Source of the DNA: Candidatus Levybacteria bacterium CG2_30_37_29
GTDB lineage: Bacteria; Patescibacteriota; Microgenomatia; Levybacterales; GWA1-39-11
Direction of reading: 5' to 3'
DNA: 64,000 bases
Assembly: GCA_001873215.1 (NCBI GenBank)
Contig: MNYS01000005.1
Coordinates: 1,367 to 65,366, forward strand
Under the pieces are notes generated by a model. It was not told the origin of the DNA, did not search any database, and saw nothing but the letters and a program-made list of their open reading frames with translations. The translations under genes and the position numbers were made by a program. This document shows positions 42,038 to 52,497 of the stretch, piece after piece (the stretch's first letter is position 1; each line of letters opens with the position of its first letter).

Positions 42038-43448
42038 AGAAAATTTTATTCCTGATACTGTTATCCCTGGGGTAAATTGTGTATTGGAGCCTCGATGTAT
42101 TATTTATTTTAGCCCCATGATATAAAAATAAAAATTTGTAGTTATCTATTCCTGTTTTAACGGTTGAAAAAAAGCCTCCCGGAATAACCCTGAATGATTT
42201 CCCCTTTGAATCTGAGATTATTTTTTGAACAACAGCATCATATACTTTCCAGCTTGATCCTAAATGGTAGGAAAAAGGAGGAAGTAGGTTTTCTGCATTT
42301 TGCGTTGTTGTATAATACTCATTTTTTATAAGCGAAAATAAGTTTAAAAAAACTAAAATAATAAATAAGACAATCATATTTGGATATTTATTTATACAAA
42401 TATAAAACGCGTAACCGATAACTATAGAAATTACAGGAAAGAGCACAGGAAAATATGCAGTTCCCGGACTTGCGTGGACAATAAAACCAAATATTGGTAC
42501 AAAAAACCAAAATGTTAATATGTATAAGTTTGGATTTTTTTTAAAACCTGATTTTCTAACATATAACAACAGGGTCAGAAAAACAAAAATAAGAATAATA
42601 AAAAAAACTACAAAAGACTGTGGGAATATTACTCCTGAAAGCTGTTGTGTAATTCTTAAAAAAACTTCATTTATGTTATAAAAGTTAGGATGAGTACCAA
42701 CCGAATACCCTAAAAATAACCTAATCCTATTTAATATCCATGCAGGAAATCCAAGCGTATACACAAAACTATTAGAAAAATCATACAAAATAAAAGGTAC
42801 CACCCCCGTTAAAAAACCACAAATTGATAAAAGCATATTTTTTTTTGTAAAGTTAATTTTGTGATAATAAAACAATATAATTAAAACTGCTAAAAGTACT
42901 GCATTTGATAATTCTACTTGTAAAAGAAACCCGAATAATAGAAAAAGCAAAAAAAACATTTTTTTACCTTTTAAGACTTTGTAAAGAACCAAGAAAAACA
43001 AAATTGTAAAAAATGGGATTGATGATGTGTGATAAGGTTGCCTTGAATTGATAATTACAAGAGGAGACGTGGCATAAAATAGACTAGACAAAAAAGCAAC
43101 TTGAGTATTAAATAATTTTTTTGTTAAAACATAAACTAAAAATGTTGTTAATACACCAATTAAAGAATATAGTACAGCCGGCGCAACAGGATTAAAGTTA
43201 GTTAAAATAAATGCAAGACCAATGATATATATAGAAATTGGTCCTTGATGAAGCCATACAACAGATGAAGGAATACCCACAAGAGGAATCACCCCGGTAA
43301 TAACCATATCCCGCGCAACCAGATAATCACGGGCCGCATCGCCAATAAAAATCATGAGATCTGAAATTTTGTATAAATTAAGAAATAAAGATAAAATAAC
43401 AATACATAATAGAAGGAAATTATTGCATGTTATAAATTTTTTTTTCAT
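41994..43448 (-). CDS. ArnT/PMT-like GT-C membrane glycosyltransferase
   Basis: 484 aa polytopic; 'FIGDAARDYLVARDM' loop motif. Confidence 0.55.
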   Translation of the reverse strand: MKKKFITCNNFLLLCIVILSLFLNLYKISDLMIFIGDAARDYLVARDMVITGVIPLVGIPSSVVWLHQGPISIYIIGLAFILTNFNPVAPAVLYSLIGVLTTFLVYVLTKKLFNTQVAFLSSLFYATSPLVIINSRQPYHTSSIPFFTILFFLVLYKVLKGKKMFFLLFLLFGFLLQVELSNAVLLAVLIILFYYHKINFTKKNMLLSICGFLTGVVPFILYDFSNSFVYTLGFPAWILNRIRLFLGYSVGTHPNFYNINEVFLRITQQLSGVIFPQSFVVFFIILIFVFLTLLLYVRKSGFKKNPNLYILTFWFFVPIFGFIVHASPGTAYFPVLFPVISIVIGYAFYICINKYPNMIVLFIILVFLNLFSLIKNEYYTTTQNAENLLPPFSYHLGSSWKVYDAVVQKIISDSKGKSFRVIPGGFFSTVKTGIDNYKFLFLYHGAKINNTSRLQYTIYPRDNSIRNKIFYEDSNVVVTKEYHD

Positions 43449-43451
43449 GTC

Positions 43452-44804
43452 TTATTGAATTAAATTATTCTCAACGATATATTTGTAAAACGTTTCTGCA
43501 ATTACTTCATTACCTTTTTTAGTATAGTGAATACTATCCACAAAGTATTCAAGATTTTTAGGAATTTTTGACTCAAGGTCTATAAAAGTAACGCCTCTTT
43601 CTTCTGACACTGTTTTTGTAACAGCATTGAATCCACGAATTCCATATAGTAAAGACTCTAAATTGTAATATTTATTTTGCCTCATGCAATAAAGTTGCGG
43701 GGATATAATTCGCCCTACCTCTTCTACGGAAGCATTCATTTTAAATAAAAAAGGCTGATTACCAAGAATCAAAGGAATTTTTCTTTCTTTTGTTAGTTCT
43801 ATAAGCATAGATATATTACGTCTGTATGAGGAAAGACTTAGAAATTCATGAACGGTTACTGTATTTTTGTTTTCTAAATAGTCTTTTGCCAACAATTCAA
43901 TATGTCTATTTTTAAAAGAAACTATAATATCTGAAAAAAAATTATCTTTAATAAATCTTATTAGGAAATCAACTGTTACAAGTTTTATTTGAAATACGGG
44001 CTGGGGTCGAAAATAGGAAAAAACAATATTTGAAACAGCCCCAAAAAAATGTGAGTAATCTGCTTTGTATGCACCATGTGTTAGGACGCCTTCTTTAAGA
44101 CAAGATGCATACATATCGTTTATCCCATGCCACTGTATTATCATGTCCGGACTCATATCCTGAAGTTTAAAAAGATACTGTATAAGAGAATGCTCTGAAG
44201 TATAATAATCTTTGCCTGCGTTAATTACTTCAATGTGTTTTCTAGGATATTTAATTCTTAATTTTTTTTCAAGAACCCGAACCGCATTTTGCTCGAATGG
44301 AACTTCTCGGTTTAGTACGGTAGAACCTCCCAATACAATTATTCTGAATGTATTTTTATCTTTTTGTTCCTTAATTTCTTCACCTCTGAATCCCAACGAA
44401 TTAACATTAAGATTCTCTTGTCTTGCAAGTTGTGATTGTAAAAAAGGATGAAAATTATCTATTGTATATGTATAAGAACTCGACTCATAATTTTGGTATT
44501 TTTCACGTAAAGATATCTCAATAAATAAAAAAGCTATAAATACTACCAGAGTACTTATTAGAATTTTTTTAACCGGAGTTAAAACAAACTTTTTGTTAAT
44601 AAAAATTATTTCTGATTTTTTAAAAAAGTTATTAATCAAAAACAATAATGGCAAGAAACTTATAATAAAAAATAAAAATATAAAAGAATAAAAAATAGTA
44701 TATTTTCCAAGTATCTGAGGATGAGAAGAGGTATGAAAAATCATTCCCAAAACCATCAATAAATAAAAAGTACAAAAAGAAGTTATTGTAATTTTTTTAA
44801 TCAT
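43452..44804 (-). CDS. SGNH/GDSL-hydrolase family protein with N-terminal multi-TM anchor
   Basis: 3 TM N-terminus; 'FRIIVLGGSTV' GDS-like block, 'DSIHYTKKGNEVIA' C-terminal DxxH. Confidence 0.55.
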   Translation of the reverse strand: MIKKITITSFCTFYLLMVLGMIFHTSSHPQILGKYTIFYSFIFLFFIISFLPLLFLINNFFKKSEIIFINKKFVLTPVKKILISTLVVFIAFLFIEISLREKYQNYESSSYTYTIDNFHPFLQSQLARQENLNVNSLGFRGEEIKEQKDKNTFRIIVLGGSTVLNREVPFEQNAVRVLEKKLRIKYPRKHIEVINAGKDYYTSEHSLIQYLFKLQDMSPDMIIQWHGINDMYASCLKEGVLTHGAYKADYSHFFGAVSNIVFSYFRPQPVFQIKLVTVDFLIRFIKDNFFSDIIVSFKNRHIELLAKDYLENKNTVTVHEFLSLSSYRRNISMLIELTKERKIPLILGNQPFLFKMNASVEEVGRIISPQLYCMRQNKYYNLESLLYGIRGFNAVTKTVSEERGVTFIDLESKIPKNLEYFVDSIHYTKKGNEVIAETFYKYIVENNLIQ

Positions 44805-44850
44805 AAGAATACTGCCTAATTATACATGCAAAAATAAGTTAAAACCATAT

Positions 44851-45939
44851 CTACGAGGACAGAACTTTTCTCTTTAAAATTCTTTCAATATTGCTTGCAC
44901 TTTTTTCCCAAGTCCACTTATTTTCTATTTCTCTTCGTGCATTTTTGGGCACCTTATTAAGTATTTGTTTATTATTTAATATAGATTGTATTTTTTTAGC
45001 AATTAGTTGAGGATTTCTTAGGATAACAAATCCTGTTTTATTCTGTCTTATAGATTCTGTATAACCACCCTCAGCAACAGCAACGACTACGCACCCGCAC
45101 GATCCTGCTTCAAGAGGAATTAATCCGAAAGGTTCATCATACGCAAGACACAAAACAATTTTAGACCGCTGGTAGTAAGATCGAAGTATTTGGTCTGATA
45201 GCCATTTTTTAGAACTATCTAAAAAAGTGTATTTAATAGTATTTGGCAAATAAAAAACTGTTTCTTGAAATGTCTGATATCCTTCAATAAATTCTTTCGA
45301 ACCGACAAACAGAACATCTATGTCTTTATTTTTTTTTATTGGTGTAAAAAAAGTATGTTCAACACCCAAATAACAAACAGTGCTGTCTAGGCCGTACGCT
45401 TTATAAATATTTTTTTTTGAAAAGAGGGAATTACAAATTATTGAGTTTGCAGATTCAATATTTTTTTTATCTATTTTCTTTCTAAATATTTTAACAAACT
45501 TATCATAAATATACATATTTGTTTGTGTTGAAACAATTTTATCGTATATCATTCTTAAAGGTTCCTGACAATAATAAACAGATAGCGTTTTAAGATATCT
45601 CAATATAAAAGGAGCTTGCGTAAAAGAAGACGGATGGATAAAAACCACATCATACTTTTTTCTATCTATATCACGGGCAATTTTTTTGTGCATTCGAGAA
45701 AGTTTTAAAAGCTCAATAGAATCTTTATAAACTCTTTTTCTCCAATTTCTCTCCTCTTTTTTTACTGAACAAAATGGATATGATACAACTTGTGTAAAAT
45801 ATTTCTTTTCTTCTATGTTTGGTTTTGCGTCAACAGAATAAAAATCTACAACATGTGTTTTTTTTAAAATCTTACAAATTTGGTTTACCGCTCTTCTCGC
45901 TCCACCTCTATGTAATTCATGAAATACCGCAATTCTCAT
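44851..45939 (-). CDS. Glycosyltransferase family 4 (GT-B)
   Basis: 'CLAYDEPFGLIPLEAGSCGCVVVAVAEGGYTESI'. Confidence 0.8.
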   Translation of the reverse strand: MRIAVFHELHRGGARRAVNQICKILKKTHVVDFYSVDAKPNIEEKKYFTQVVSYPFCSVKKEERNWRKRVYKDSIELLKLSRMHKKIARDIDRKKYDVVFIHPSSFTQAPFILRYLKTLSVYYCQEPLRMIYDKIVSTQTNMYIYDKFVKIFRKKIDKKNIESANSIICNSLFSKKNIYKAYGLDSTVCYLGVEHTFFTPIKKNKDIDVLFVGSKEFIEGYQTFQETVFYLPNTIKYTFLDSSKKWLSDQILRSYYQRSKIVLCLAYDEPFGLIPLEAGSCGCVVVAVAEGGYTESIRQNKTGFVILRNPQLIAKKIQSILNNKQILNKVPKNARREIENKWTWEKSASNIERILKRKVLSS

Positions 45940-46766
45940 ATTTTTTTATTTTTCATGATACATACGTAATCATAAGCAAATAAAAGATGAAAAGGAAATA
46001 ATAAAGATAACGGATAAAACCAAACAAAAATATTATAAGTAATATCTTTCCATGAAATTCTTGGTTTAAACGGCACAACCGGAATTATTTTACCTTCAAA
46101 TTCGTGTTTTGCAAAAAGATTTTTGAGATAAAAATATGTCGGCTCGTTTACGTGCTGAGCTTTATGTGTATCGTTTCTCGGATCAAGAGGTAATCCTGGA
46201 TATTCTTTTTTTGTAATTAAACTATTTAGTTTTATTAAAATATAATTAATAGGATATACCCATAACCTATGAGTAAAATCCAAATATTTCTTATTTGGTT
46301 CTGTATGAACCATAAAAATACCTCTTGGTTTTAATACCCTTGAAATCTCATCCATTACTAATTCTAATTCATCTTTATATAGGTGCTCAAAAACATCAAA
46401 AGAAGTAGCTATATCAAAATAATTTTTCTTAAACTTTAATTTTTTTGCATCCATAACAAAAAAATATACATTTTGTTTAATAAGTTTTTTTTGCTTTCTT
46501 AAACTTTCTTTTGCAATTTCTATTCCGTCTTTTGAATAATCAATACCTATTACCTTTGCTCCTCTTCTAGCACATTCAATTGCAAGATCTCCCCTACCAC
46601 AACCTATGTCAAGAATATTCATCCCATCTTTTATCTCAAGTAAGTCTACAAAATCTTTTATGCGTGGGTGAACCTTTTTTGCTTTAAATTTTTTAAATTC
46701 CTCAAATCCTAAATTACAATTTAAATAATAATTTTTTGAATAAATTTTCGGATTAACTCTTTTCAT
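45936..46766 (-). CDS. Class I SAM-dependent methyltransferase
   Basis: 'ILDIGCGRGDLAIECARRGAKVIGIDYS'. Confidence 0.8.
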   Translation of the reverse strand: MKRVNPKIYSKNYYLNCNLGFEEFKKFKAKKVHPRIKDFVDLLEIKDGMNILDIGCGRGDLAIECARRGAKVIGIDYSKDGIEIAKESLRKQKKLIKQNVYFFVMDAKKLKFKKNYFDIATSFDVFEHLYKDELELVMDEISRVLKPRGIFMVHTEPNKKYLDFTHRLWVYPINYILIKLNSLITKKEYPGLPLDPRNDTHKAQHVNEPTYFYLKNLFAKHEFEGKIIPVVPFKPRISWKDITYNIFVWFYPLSLLFPFHLLFAYDYVCIMKNKKI

Positions 46767-47988
46767 TACCTTTTTTAAATATCAATATTGTATAAAAAAT
46801 AATTACAGGTACTTCAGCCAGCGCCGAAATAAGAACTGAGACAGAAGCTCCTATAACTCCCCAGCGCAAAACGAACGGAACGATAACAATAGCAAGTGTC
46901 ATTAAACGAATAAATGTCATAACAGCAACATACTTTTGCTTACCTCTTGCAAGAAAAAGAGATGAGACAGACCCAAAAATTCCACGTATAGCACCATACA
47001 ACGCAAGTATTTTAAGAATAGGAATAGTGCTTATCCAAGCGCTTCCAAGAATAAATGTAACTATTTCTTTTGTAAAAATAAATAAAAACAAAAATGATAA
47101 AACAACAAGAAATGAAAGAATAACAGAGGTTTTAATAAAATTCTTTTTTAATCTTTTATTTTCATTTTGGATTTTTGTATAAACAGGAAACGTCACTTTA
47201 CTTATAACGTCGGTAATTTCGCTTACAGGTAAGACTGAGATTTTAAATGCCATTTGATAAATTCCAAGTGGACCAGCACCCAAAAGTCTTGCAATTACTA
47301 GATTATCAAGCTCTTGGGAAAGATAATGAAAAATTCCAAATATGGTTACCCACTTGCCTCTATTTAAAATGAGTCGGATTTTAATCTTTGAAAAACTAAT
47401 CTTTGGACGTAATTTAAAATAAATATAAGAAAGAACAGCCTCACTTAATGCACCGGCTATAAGACCATATACTATGCCTGCGGGAGAACGGGTTATAAAG
47501 GTTACTACAATTGAAACTAAAGTATCAACACCATATATTATGATTCGAAACCAAAATTCTTTTCCAAATTGTAGCTCCTTTTGAAATATAACCTGTGCAG
47601 GATTAATAAACCCCTTAATAAGTGGGATCAAAGCTATAAGATAAATTAAATATAGCGCTTCTGGTGCATTAAAAAAAAATGTTAAAAATGGTCCACTTAT
47701 CAAAATTAAAATACAAAGCACTAGTCCTCTTACAACTGAAATTAACCACGCTTCATTCAAATGCTCTTTAATTGCAGATTTTTCTTGAACTAAAAAAACG
47801 TTAACTCCTGTTTCAGTAAGAACTTCAAGGAACGCAAGACCAAAACTCGCTATCCCAAATAACCCAAATTGAGCAGGACTAAGAAGTCTAGCAAGCAGTA
47901 CTGTTTTAAAAATTGCTATAATACGTGTTGTACCACGAAAAGACCCAACCCACCAAATACCTTTTATTGTTCGTTTTTTATATCCCAT
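46753..47988 (-). CDS. Wzx-type oligosaccharide flippase (polysaccharide biosynthesis protein family)
   Basis: ~12 TM, 'ARLLSPAQFGLFGIA…' N-terminus typical of Wzx. Confidence 0.7.
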   Translation of the reverse strand: MGYKKRTIKGIWWVGSFRGTTRIIAIFKTVLLARLLSPAQFGLFGIASFGLAFLEVLTETGVNVFLVQEKSAIKEHLNEAWLISVVRGLVLCILILISGPFLTFFFNAPEALYLIYLIALIPLIKGFINPAQVIFQKELQFGKEFWFRIIIYGVDTLVSIVVTFITRSPAGIVYGLIAGALSEAVLSYIYFKLRPKISFSKIKIRLILNRGKWVTIFGIFHYLSQELDNLVIARLLGAGPLGIYQMAFKISVLPVSEITDVISKVTFPVYTKIQNENKRLKKNFIKTSVILSFLVVLSFLFLFIFTKEIVTFILGSAWISTIPILKILALYGAIRGIFGSVSSLFLARGKQKYVAVMTFIRLMTLAIVIVPFVLRWGVIGASVSVLISALAEVPVIIFYTILIFKKGNEKS

Positions 47989-48037
47989 GATAATATTCGT
48001 AATTATACCAGCTTATTTCGTTGAAAATTACAAAACT

Positions 48038-49981
48038 CTACCATAACCGGCTATTTTCAAAATTTTCTAAAATTGAGATATCTTGTAATAATGCATTGCT
48101 AGAAATTGAAGTTATATGGTTTTTTTTTGAATATAATAAAGGCATATCATCAAGGTGTATAATGCAATATTCGCCTTGATAACACGGATTAAAATATACT
48201 TCTGTAGTTTTATCATTATTAATAACAAAAGTAATTTTTTGTTTTGATAAATTACTTATTCTCCCTTTAATTATTAATAAACTTCTGTTTGTATAAATTT
48301 TTCTGCTTACTAATGACTTGCTTAACGTTTTAAAAGTAGTAAATATGATGTTCATTTTATCAATTTCTTTTTTAATTGACATGCCCTGGGAACGGGGAAC
48401 AGAACCTAAATCAATTTTTGTTACGTAATTATAGAAATCATCATTTATTAATATGTTTTTATTGAAATAATTTCCTCCCTTCTTTAAAATTAAAAAATTA
48501 TCTATCTGCGCGTATGAATAATAATTATTAAGAATATATTGAAAAAGATACTTACTTCTAATATAGTCAGGAACGTTATCTTGGGTTGATTTTATAGAAT
48601 AATTAAGGATTACATAATTTATATTATTTTTTTCTATATAGCTAATCTTTTCAATTTGTTGCTGTTTTGTAGATGATTCATAGATAGTCATATAGTATGG
48701 AGGAATTTGGTTATTAATTACGTACAGTATCGGATCACTTGGAAAACTAAAAAATTTTTCATCTCCAACAAGTAAATGAAACTTTTCAATTACGAGCTTA
48801 TACTTACCGTTATCTGCGATTGTCTTGAGGTTTTCCTGAAAGCACTTACCGCTTACAAACATTTGTATTTTGCTAAATACTTGATTGTTTTCACTGGTAG
48901 GATAAAGAGGTGATAGATTGAAATTGAATAAAACAGATAAAGCAATAACTACTGTATAAAGAAATATATATTTTTTTGATATTCTTAGTTTAACAAGCAA
49001 CATCCTTAGCTCATAAAAAAGTGTTATTAATAAAAATGCAGCTATTAAAGTTACAATTCTATCCATAGACCGAATAATATTTTTTTGCTCAAGCAAAATT
49101 AGAATTATTATTCCAACCGACTGAATATAAAAAGAAAAATTATATTTCTTTAAAATAATTAATTTATAGAAAACTATTAATATACAGAGAGTTAAAATAA
49201 ACAATGAAAAAAGATTATCGGGAGTTTTAAGTACAGATAAAAATGGAGTTTTTGCAACAAGCGACATATCAGACAAATCAAGCATATTTTTATAAAATTT
49301 ACTTACACTATTTGAGGAAAAAAGATAAATAGTAAAAGGAACTACTCCCAAAAGAATTCCATACATGAATGAAGGAAGTAATCTTACAACAAAATCACTT
49401 ATAGTCGTTTTTTTACAGATAAGTAGGTGGATTGGCAAAAATAGCAACATAAAGATAACTGAATATACTCCCTGATCTATAAAAAGTGAAAATATAATTC
49501 CAACTGTAATTCCTATATAAAACATAATCTTACGAGACACTGTACTTCTCCAAAAGAATAAATACCCAATAACCAACCCGAGAGAAAGTAATATTCCATA
49601 TCTATTAAATGCATCAAAACCTGTAAATTTATAAATAAAGAAGAAAAAGAAAATAATACTTAGATAGGTAAATAGCTTATCTTTAAAAAGTTTCTTAAAA
49701 ATTAAATATAAGATTGATAATAATATTGGGGTTATAAAATAATACAGTATTGAAAATAACAATATGGTTTCTTTGTAATAATTTATTATTCCATATGGAT
49801 AAGAAATATCTTTGTATGGAAATAACCCAAGTTGCGCAGAATAAATCCATGAAAGAAGCACCTGGGAGTCAAAATTGCTTGGTGCGATATGATTTACGCA
49901 CAAGTTTGATATATTACTAATTGTTAAAAAACAAAAAATAACAAAAACTATAAATAGCTCTATGTATATTTTCTTTATCAT
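48038..49981 (-). CDS. Hypothetical polytopic membrane protein with ~300-aa extracytoplasmic C-terminal domain
   Basis: 647 aa; N-terminal ~11 TM, soluble Tyr/Asn-rich C-terminus. Confidence 0.45.
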   Translation of the reverse strand: MIKKIYIELFIVFVIFCFLTISNISNLCVNHIAPSNFDSQVLLSWIYSAQLGLFPYKDISYPYGIINYYKETILLFSILYYFITPILLSILYLIFKKLFKDKLFTYLSIIFFFFFIYKFTGFDAFNRYGILLSLGLVIGYLFFWRSTVSRKIMFYIGITVGIIFSLFIDQGVYSVIFMLLFLPIHLLICKKTTISDFVVRLLPSFMYGILLGVVPFTIYLFSSNSVSKFYKNMLDLSDMSLVAKTPFLSVLKTPDNLFSLFILTLCILIVFYKLIILKKYNFSFYIQSVGIIILILLEQKNIIRSMDRIVTLIAAFLLITLFYELRMLLVKLRISKKYIFLYTVVIALSVLFNFNLSPLYPTSENNQVFSKIQMFVSGKCFQENLKTIADNGKYKLVIEKFHLLVGDEKFFSFPSDPILYVINNQIPPYYMTIYESSTKQQQIEKISYIEKNNINYVILNYSIKSTQDNVPDYIRSKYLFQYILNNYYSYAQIDNFLILKKGGNYFNKNILINDDFYNYVTKIDLGSVPRSQGMSIKKEIDKMNIIFTTFKTLSKSLVSRKIYTNRSLLIIKGRISNLSKQKITFVINNDKTTEVYFNPCYQGEYCIIHLDDMPLLYSKKNHITSISSNALLQDISILENFENSRLW

Positions 49982-50370
49982 TTTCTAATAAATATATATT
50001 TAAGAAGCAAAATTACAATTACTGGAAAAACTATAAATATTGAAAAACCGATTAAGTCGTAATATTGTGGATATCCTTCGTAATGAACAAAACTTACAAT
50101 TTTATTACTTTCAATAGAATAAATTGGAAAAATATTTTTTGATAATTTTAATATCAATAAAAATAATCCAATAAGCGTGAAAGAAGTAGTAATCGTAACA
50201 AAAGCAAGTCTTAATGGCTTTGAATAAATAGATAAAAAAACCAGAGGTAAAATTATAATAACATTGCTTATATTTTTAAATGCAGGCAACAAAAAACTAA
50301 AGGAAAAAATTATTAATGAAAGCATCAACAGAAACGAAAATTGTTTTTTCATGTCTATATTATATCCCAA
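49978..50370 (-). CDS. Small 4-TM membrane protein, hypothetical
   Basis: 130 aa; 4-nt overlap with downstream gene. Confidence 0.45.
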   Translation of the reverse strand: MGYNIDMKKQFSFLLMLSLIIFSFSFLLPAFKNISNVIIILPLVFLSIYSKPLRLAFVTITTSFTLIGLFLLILKLSKNIFPIYSIESNKIVSFVHYEGYPQYYDLIGFSIFIVFPVIVILLLKYIFIRK

Positions 50371-50502
50371 CTATTATTATTTATTAAAAACTAATCCAAA
50401 ATATAATTGTATATATTTAACTCATTGATTAATAAATACTCATACATTATACTTTATTGGGAATTCATATTTACGTCTAAATATGACAAATTGAGCAAAA
50501 AT

Positions 50503-51153
50503 ATGAAACGATTTTCAGACCAAAAAGAATACTATCTAAAGCATTTAAAAAAACAGAGAAAGGCAATGAAAAATCCTTTTTCAATACTGGGAAGACATCA
50601 TAATAACCTTGATTCGTTTATTCAAAAAGAAGTGAATAGTCTTCCTAAAGATAGTCATATTTTAGACGCAGGGTGTGGATTAAGCGCATGGACAACAAAT
50701 GCTTTAAGAAAAAAATTCATTATATCTGGTGTTGACGGAGAACCTGACGCAATTTCAGCTTGCAAAATTTTATACAAAAACCAGGATTACCAAATCGGCG
50801 ACTTATATAATTTAAAATATAAGAATAATACCTTTGACGCAATTGTCATGAGGGAGGTAATTGAACACTTCATCTTTCCTGAAAAAGCAGTAAAAGAAAT
50901 TTATCGAATTCTCAAACCCGGAGGAAAAATAATAATTACAACACCTAATTATGATAGCTTACCTTTACATTTTATTGAAAATACTTATAATCGTTTTTTT
51001 GGAGGAACTTGTAAGCCGTACAAACATGAAGTGCACCCTAGCAAATTTAAACCCTCGTCTTTAACAAAATTAATAAACAAATATTTTACTTCTGTAAAAC
51101 TTTCAACAATTGATATGGGAATATCACAAACTTTATCTGCGATAAAAGCATAA
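50503..51153 (+). CDS. Class I SAM-dependent methyltransferase (Methyltransf_11-like)
   Basis: 'ILDAGCGLSAWTTN', 'LKPGGKIIITTPN'; ORF opens at 50407 but ATG 50503 fits the divergent promoter gap. Confidence 0.75.
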   Translation: MKRFSDQKEYYLKHLKKQRKAMKNPFSILGRHHNNLDSFIQKEVNSLPKDSHILDAGCGLSAWTTNALRKKFIISGVDGEPDAISACKILYKNQDYQIGDLYNLKYKNNTFDAIVMREVIEHFIFPEKAVKEIYRILKPGGKIIITTPNYDSLPLHFIENTYNRFFGGTCKPYKHEVHPSKFKPSSLTKLINKYFTSVKLSTIDMGISQTLSAIKA

Positions 51154-51207
51154 TTCGTATCCATACACAAATTCGCTTAAAAAGTATATAATAAGGCTCA
51201 ATATTTA

Positions 51208-52497
51208 TTGTATAAAATGAATCCAAAACAAATAGGAAGTTATAAATATTATGACTATTGCAGATTTTGCAAATCTAAAAAAATTTCAAGTGTAATAGAT
51301 CTCGGATATGTTCCTCTCGCAGGTGGTTTTTTAAAAAATATAAATAAGGAATCATTAACCAAAGAATTTTTTTATCCCCTTACGCTTTCTTTTTGTCAAA
51401 ATTGTTATTTACTTCAAACATCTAATGTTATCAATAAAGATATATTATTTAAAAATTATTATTACAATTCATCCTCAATTAAAACTCTAGTTAATCATTT
51501 TGAGAATGTTACAGAAGAATTACTAAGGCATCTTCCTCAAAATATTAAACCATTTATTGTAGAAATAGGAAGCAATGACGGAACACTTATTAAATCAAGT
51601 CTTTCTAAAGGCGTTAAAACGCTTGGTATTGATCCTGCAACCAATATTGTTCGTCCGTTAATGAAACAAAAATTACCTATTATTAACGATTATTTTACAG
51701 AAAAATTAGCAGTTAGAATTAAAAAGAGGTATGGCCAGGCAGATATAATTTTTAGCTCTAATACACTTGCCCATATTGAAAACATGCATGATGTTGCGCG
51801 TGGAATTAAAATTTTATTGAAAAAAAACGGAATGCTGATTTTCGAAACACATTATCTTGGAAAACTTATAAAAGAACTTCAGTACGACATGATATACCAT
51901 GAACACCAATATTATTATTCTCTTACTACGCTTAAAAAGTTTTTTAAAATGCATCAAATGGAAATATTTGATGTAAAACCAATTCAAATCCATGCCGGGT
52001 CCATGAGATATTATGTACAGAACATAAATGGAGGAAGAAAAATAACAAACTCAGTAATAAAACTTGAAAAGCGTGAAAAAAATATGAAGTTGGATAAAAA
52101 AAACACTTTTATTTTATATCAAAAGAAGGTTGAAAAAACTAAAAAACGATTGATTACATTTTTAACATCTTTAAAAAAAAGAGGACATGAAATTATTGGC
52201 TATGGAGCATCAGGTAGAGGAAGTATAATTATGAACTACTGTGGGTTAGACAGTAATAATCTTTCTTATATTGTCGATGACGCACCTGCAAAACAAAAAC
52301 TTTATACACCCGGTAACCATCTAAGAGTATATCCGCCGAAAAAAATATACAAAAACCAGGTTTCATATATACTTCTTTTTGCGTGGTCTTTTTCAAAAGA
52401 AATTATTTCAAAACACCAACTCTATATACAATCCGGAGGAAAATTCATTATTCCCCTACCAAGAGTAAGGTTGTTATCTAAAAATGAAAAAAAATAA
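51208..52497 (+). CDS. SAM-dependent sugar C-methyltransferase family (paralog of 38373..39659)
   Basis: 'CRFCKS…CQNCYLLQ' Zn-binding, 'IVEIGSNDGTL', 'HEHQYYYSL', 'IHAGSMRYY'. Confidence 0.7.
   Translation: MYKMNPKQIGSYKYYDYCRFCKSKKISSVIDLGYVPLAGGFLKNINKESLTKEFFYPLTLSFCQNCYLLQTSNVINKDILFKNYYYNSSSIKTLVNHFENVTEELLRHLPQNIKPFIVEIGSNDGTLIKSSLSKGVKTLGIDPATNIVRPLMKQKLPIINDYFTEKLAVRIKKRYGQADIIFSSNTLAHIENMHDVARGIKILLKKNGMLIFETHYLGKLIKELQYDMIYHEHQYYYSLTTLKKFFKMHQMEIFDVKPIQIHAGSMRYYVQNINGGRKITNSVIKLEKREKNMKLDKKNTFILYQKKVEKTKKRLITFLTSLKKRGHEIIGYGASGRGSIIMNYCGLDSNNLSYIVDDAPAKQKLYTPGNHLRVYPPKKIYKNQVSYILLFAWSFSKEIISKHQLYIQSGGKFIIPLPRVRLLSKNEKK

Noticed and set aside
50407-50502. Longer start for the methyltransferase at 50407
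   Set aside because: The N-terminal 32 aa are low-complexity translation of the AT-rich divergent promoter region; ATG 50503 preferred.
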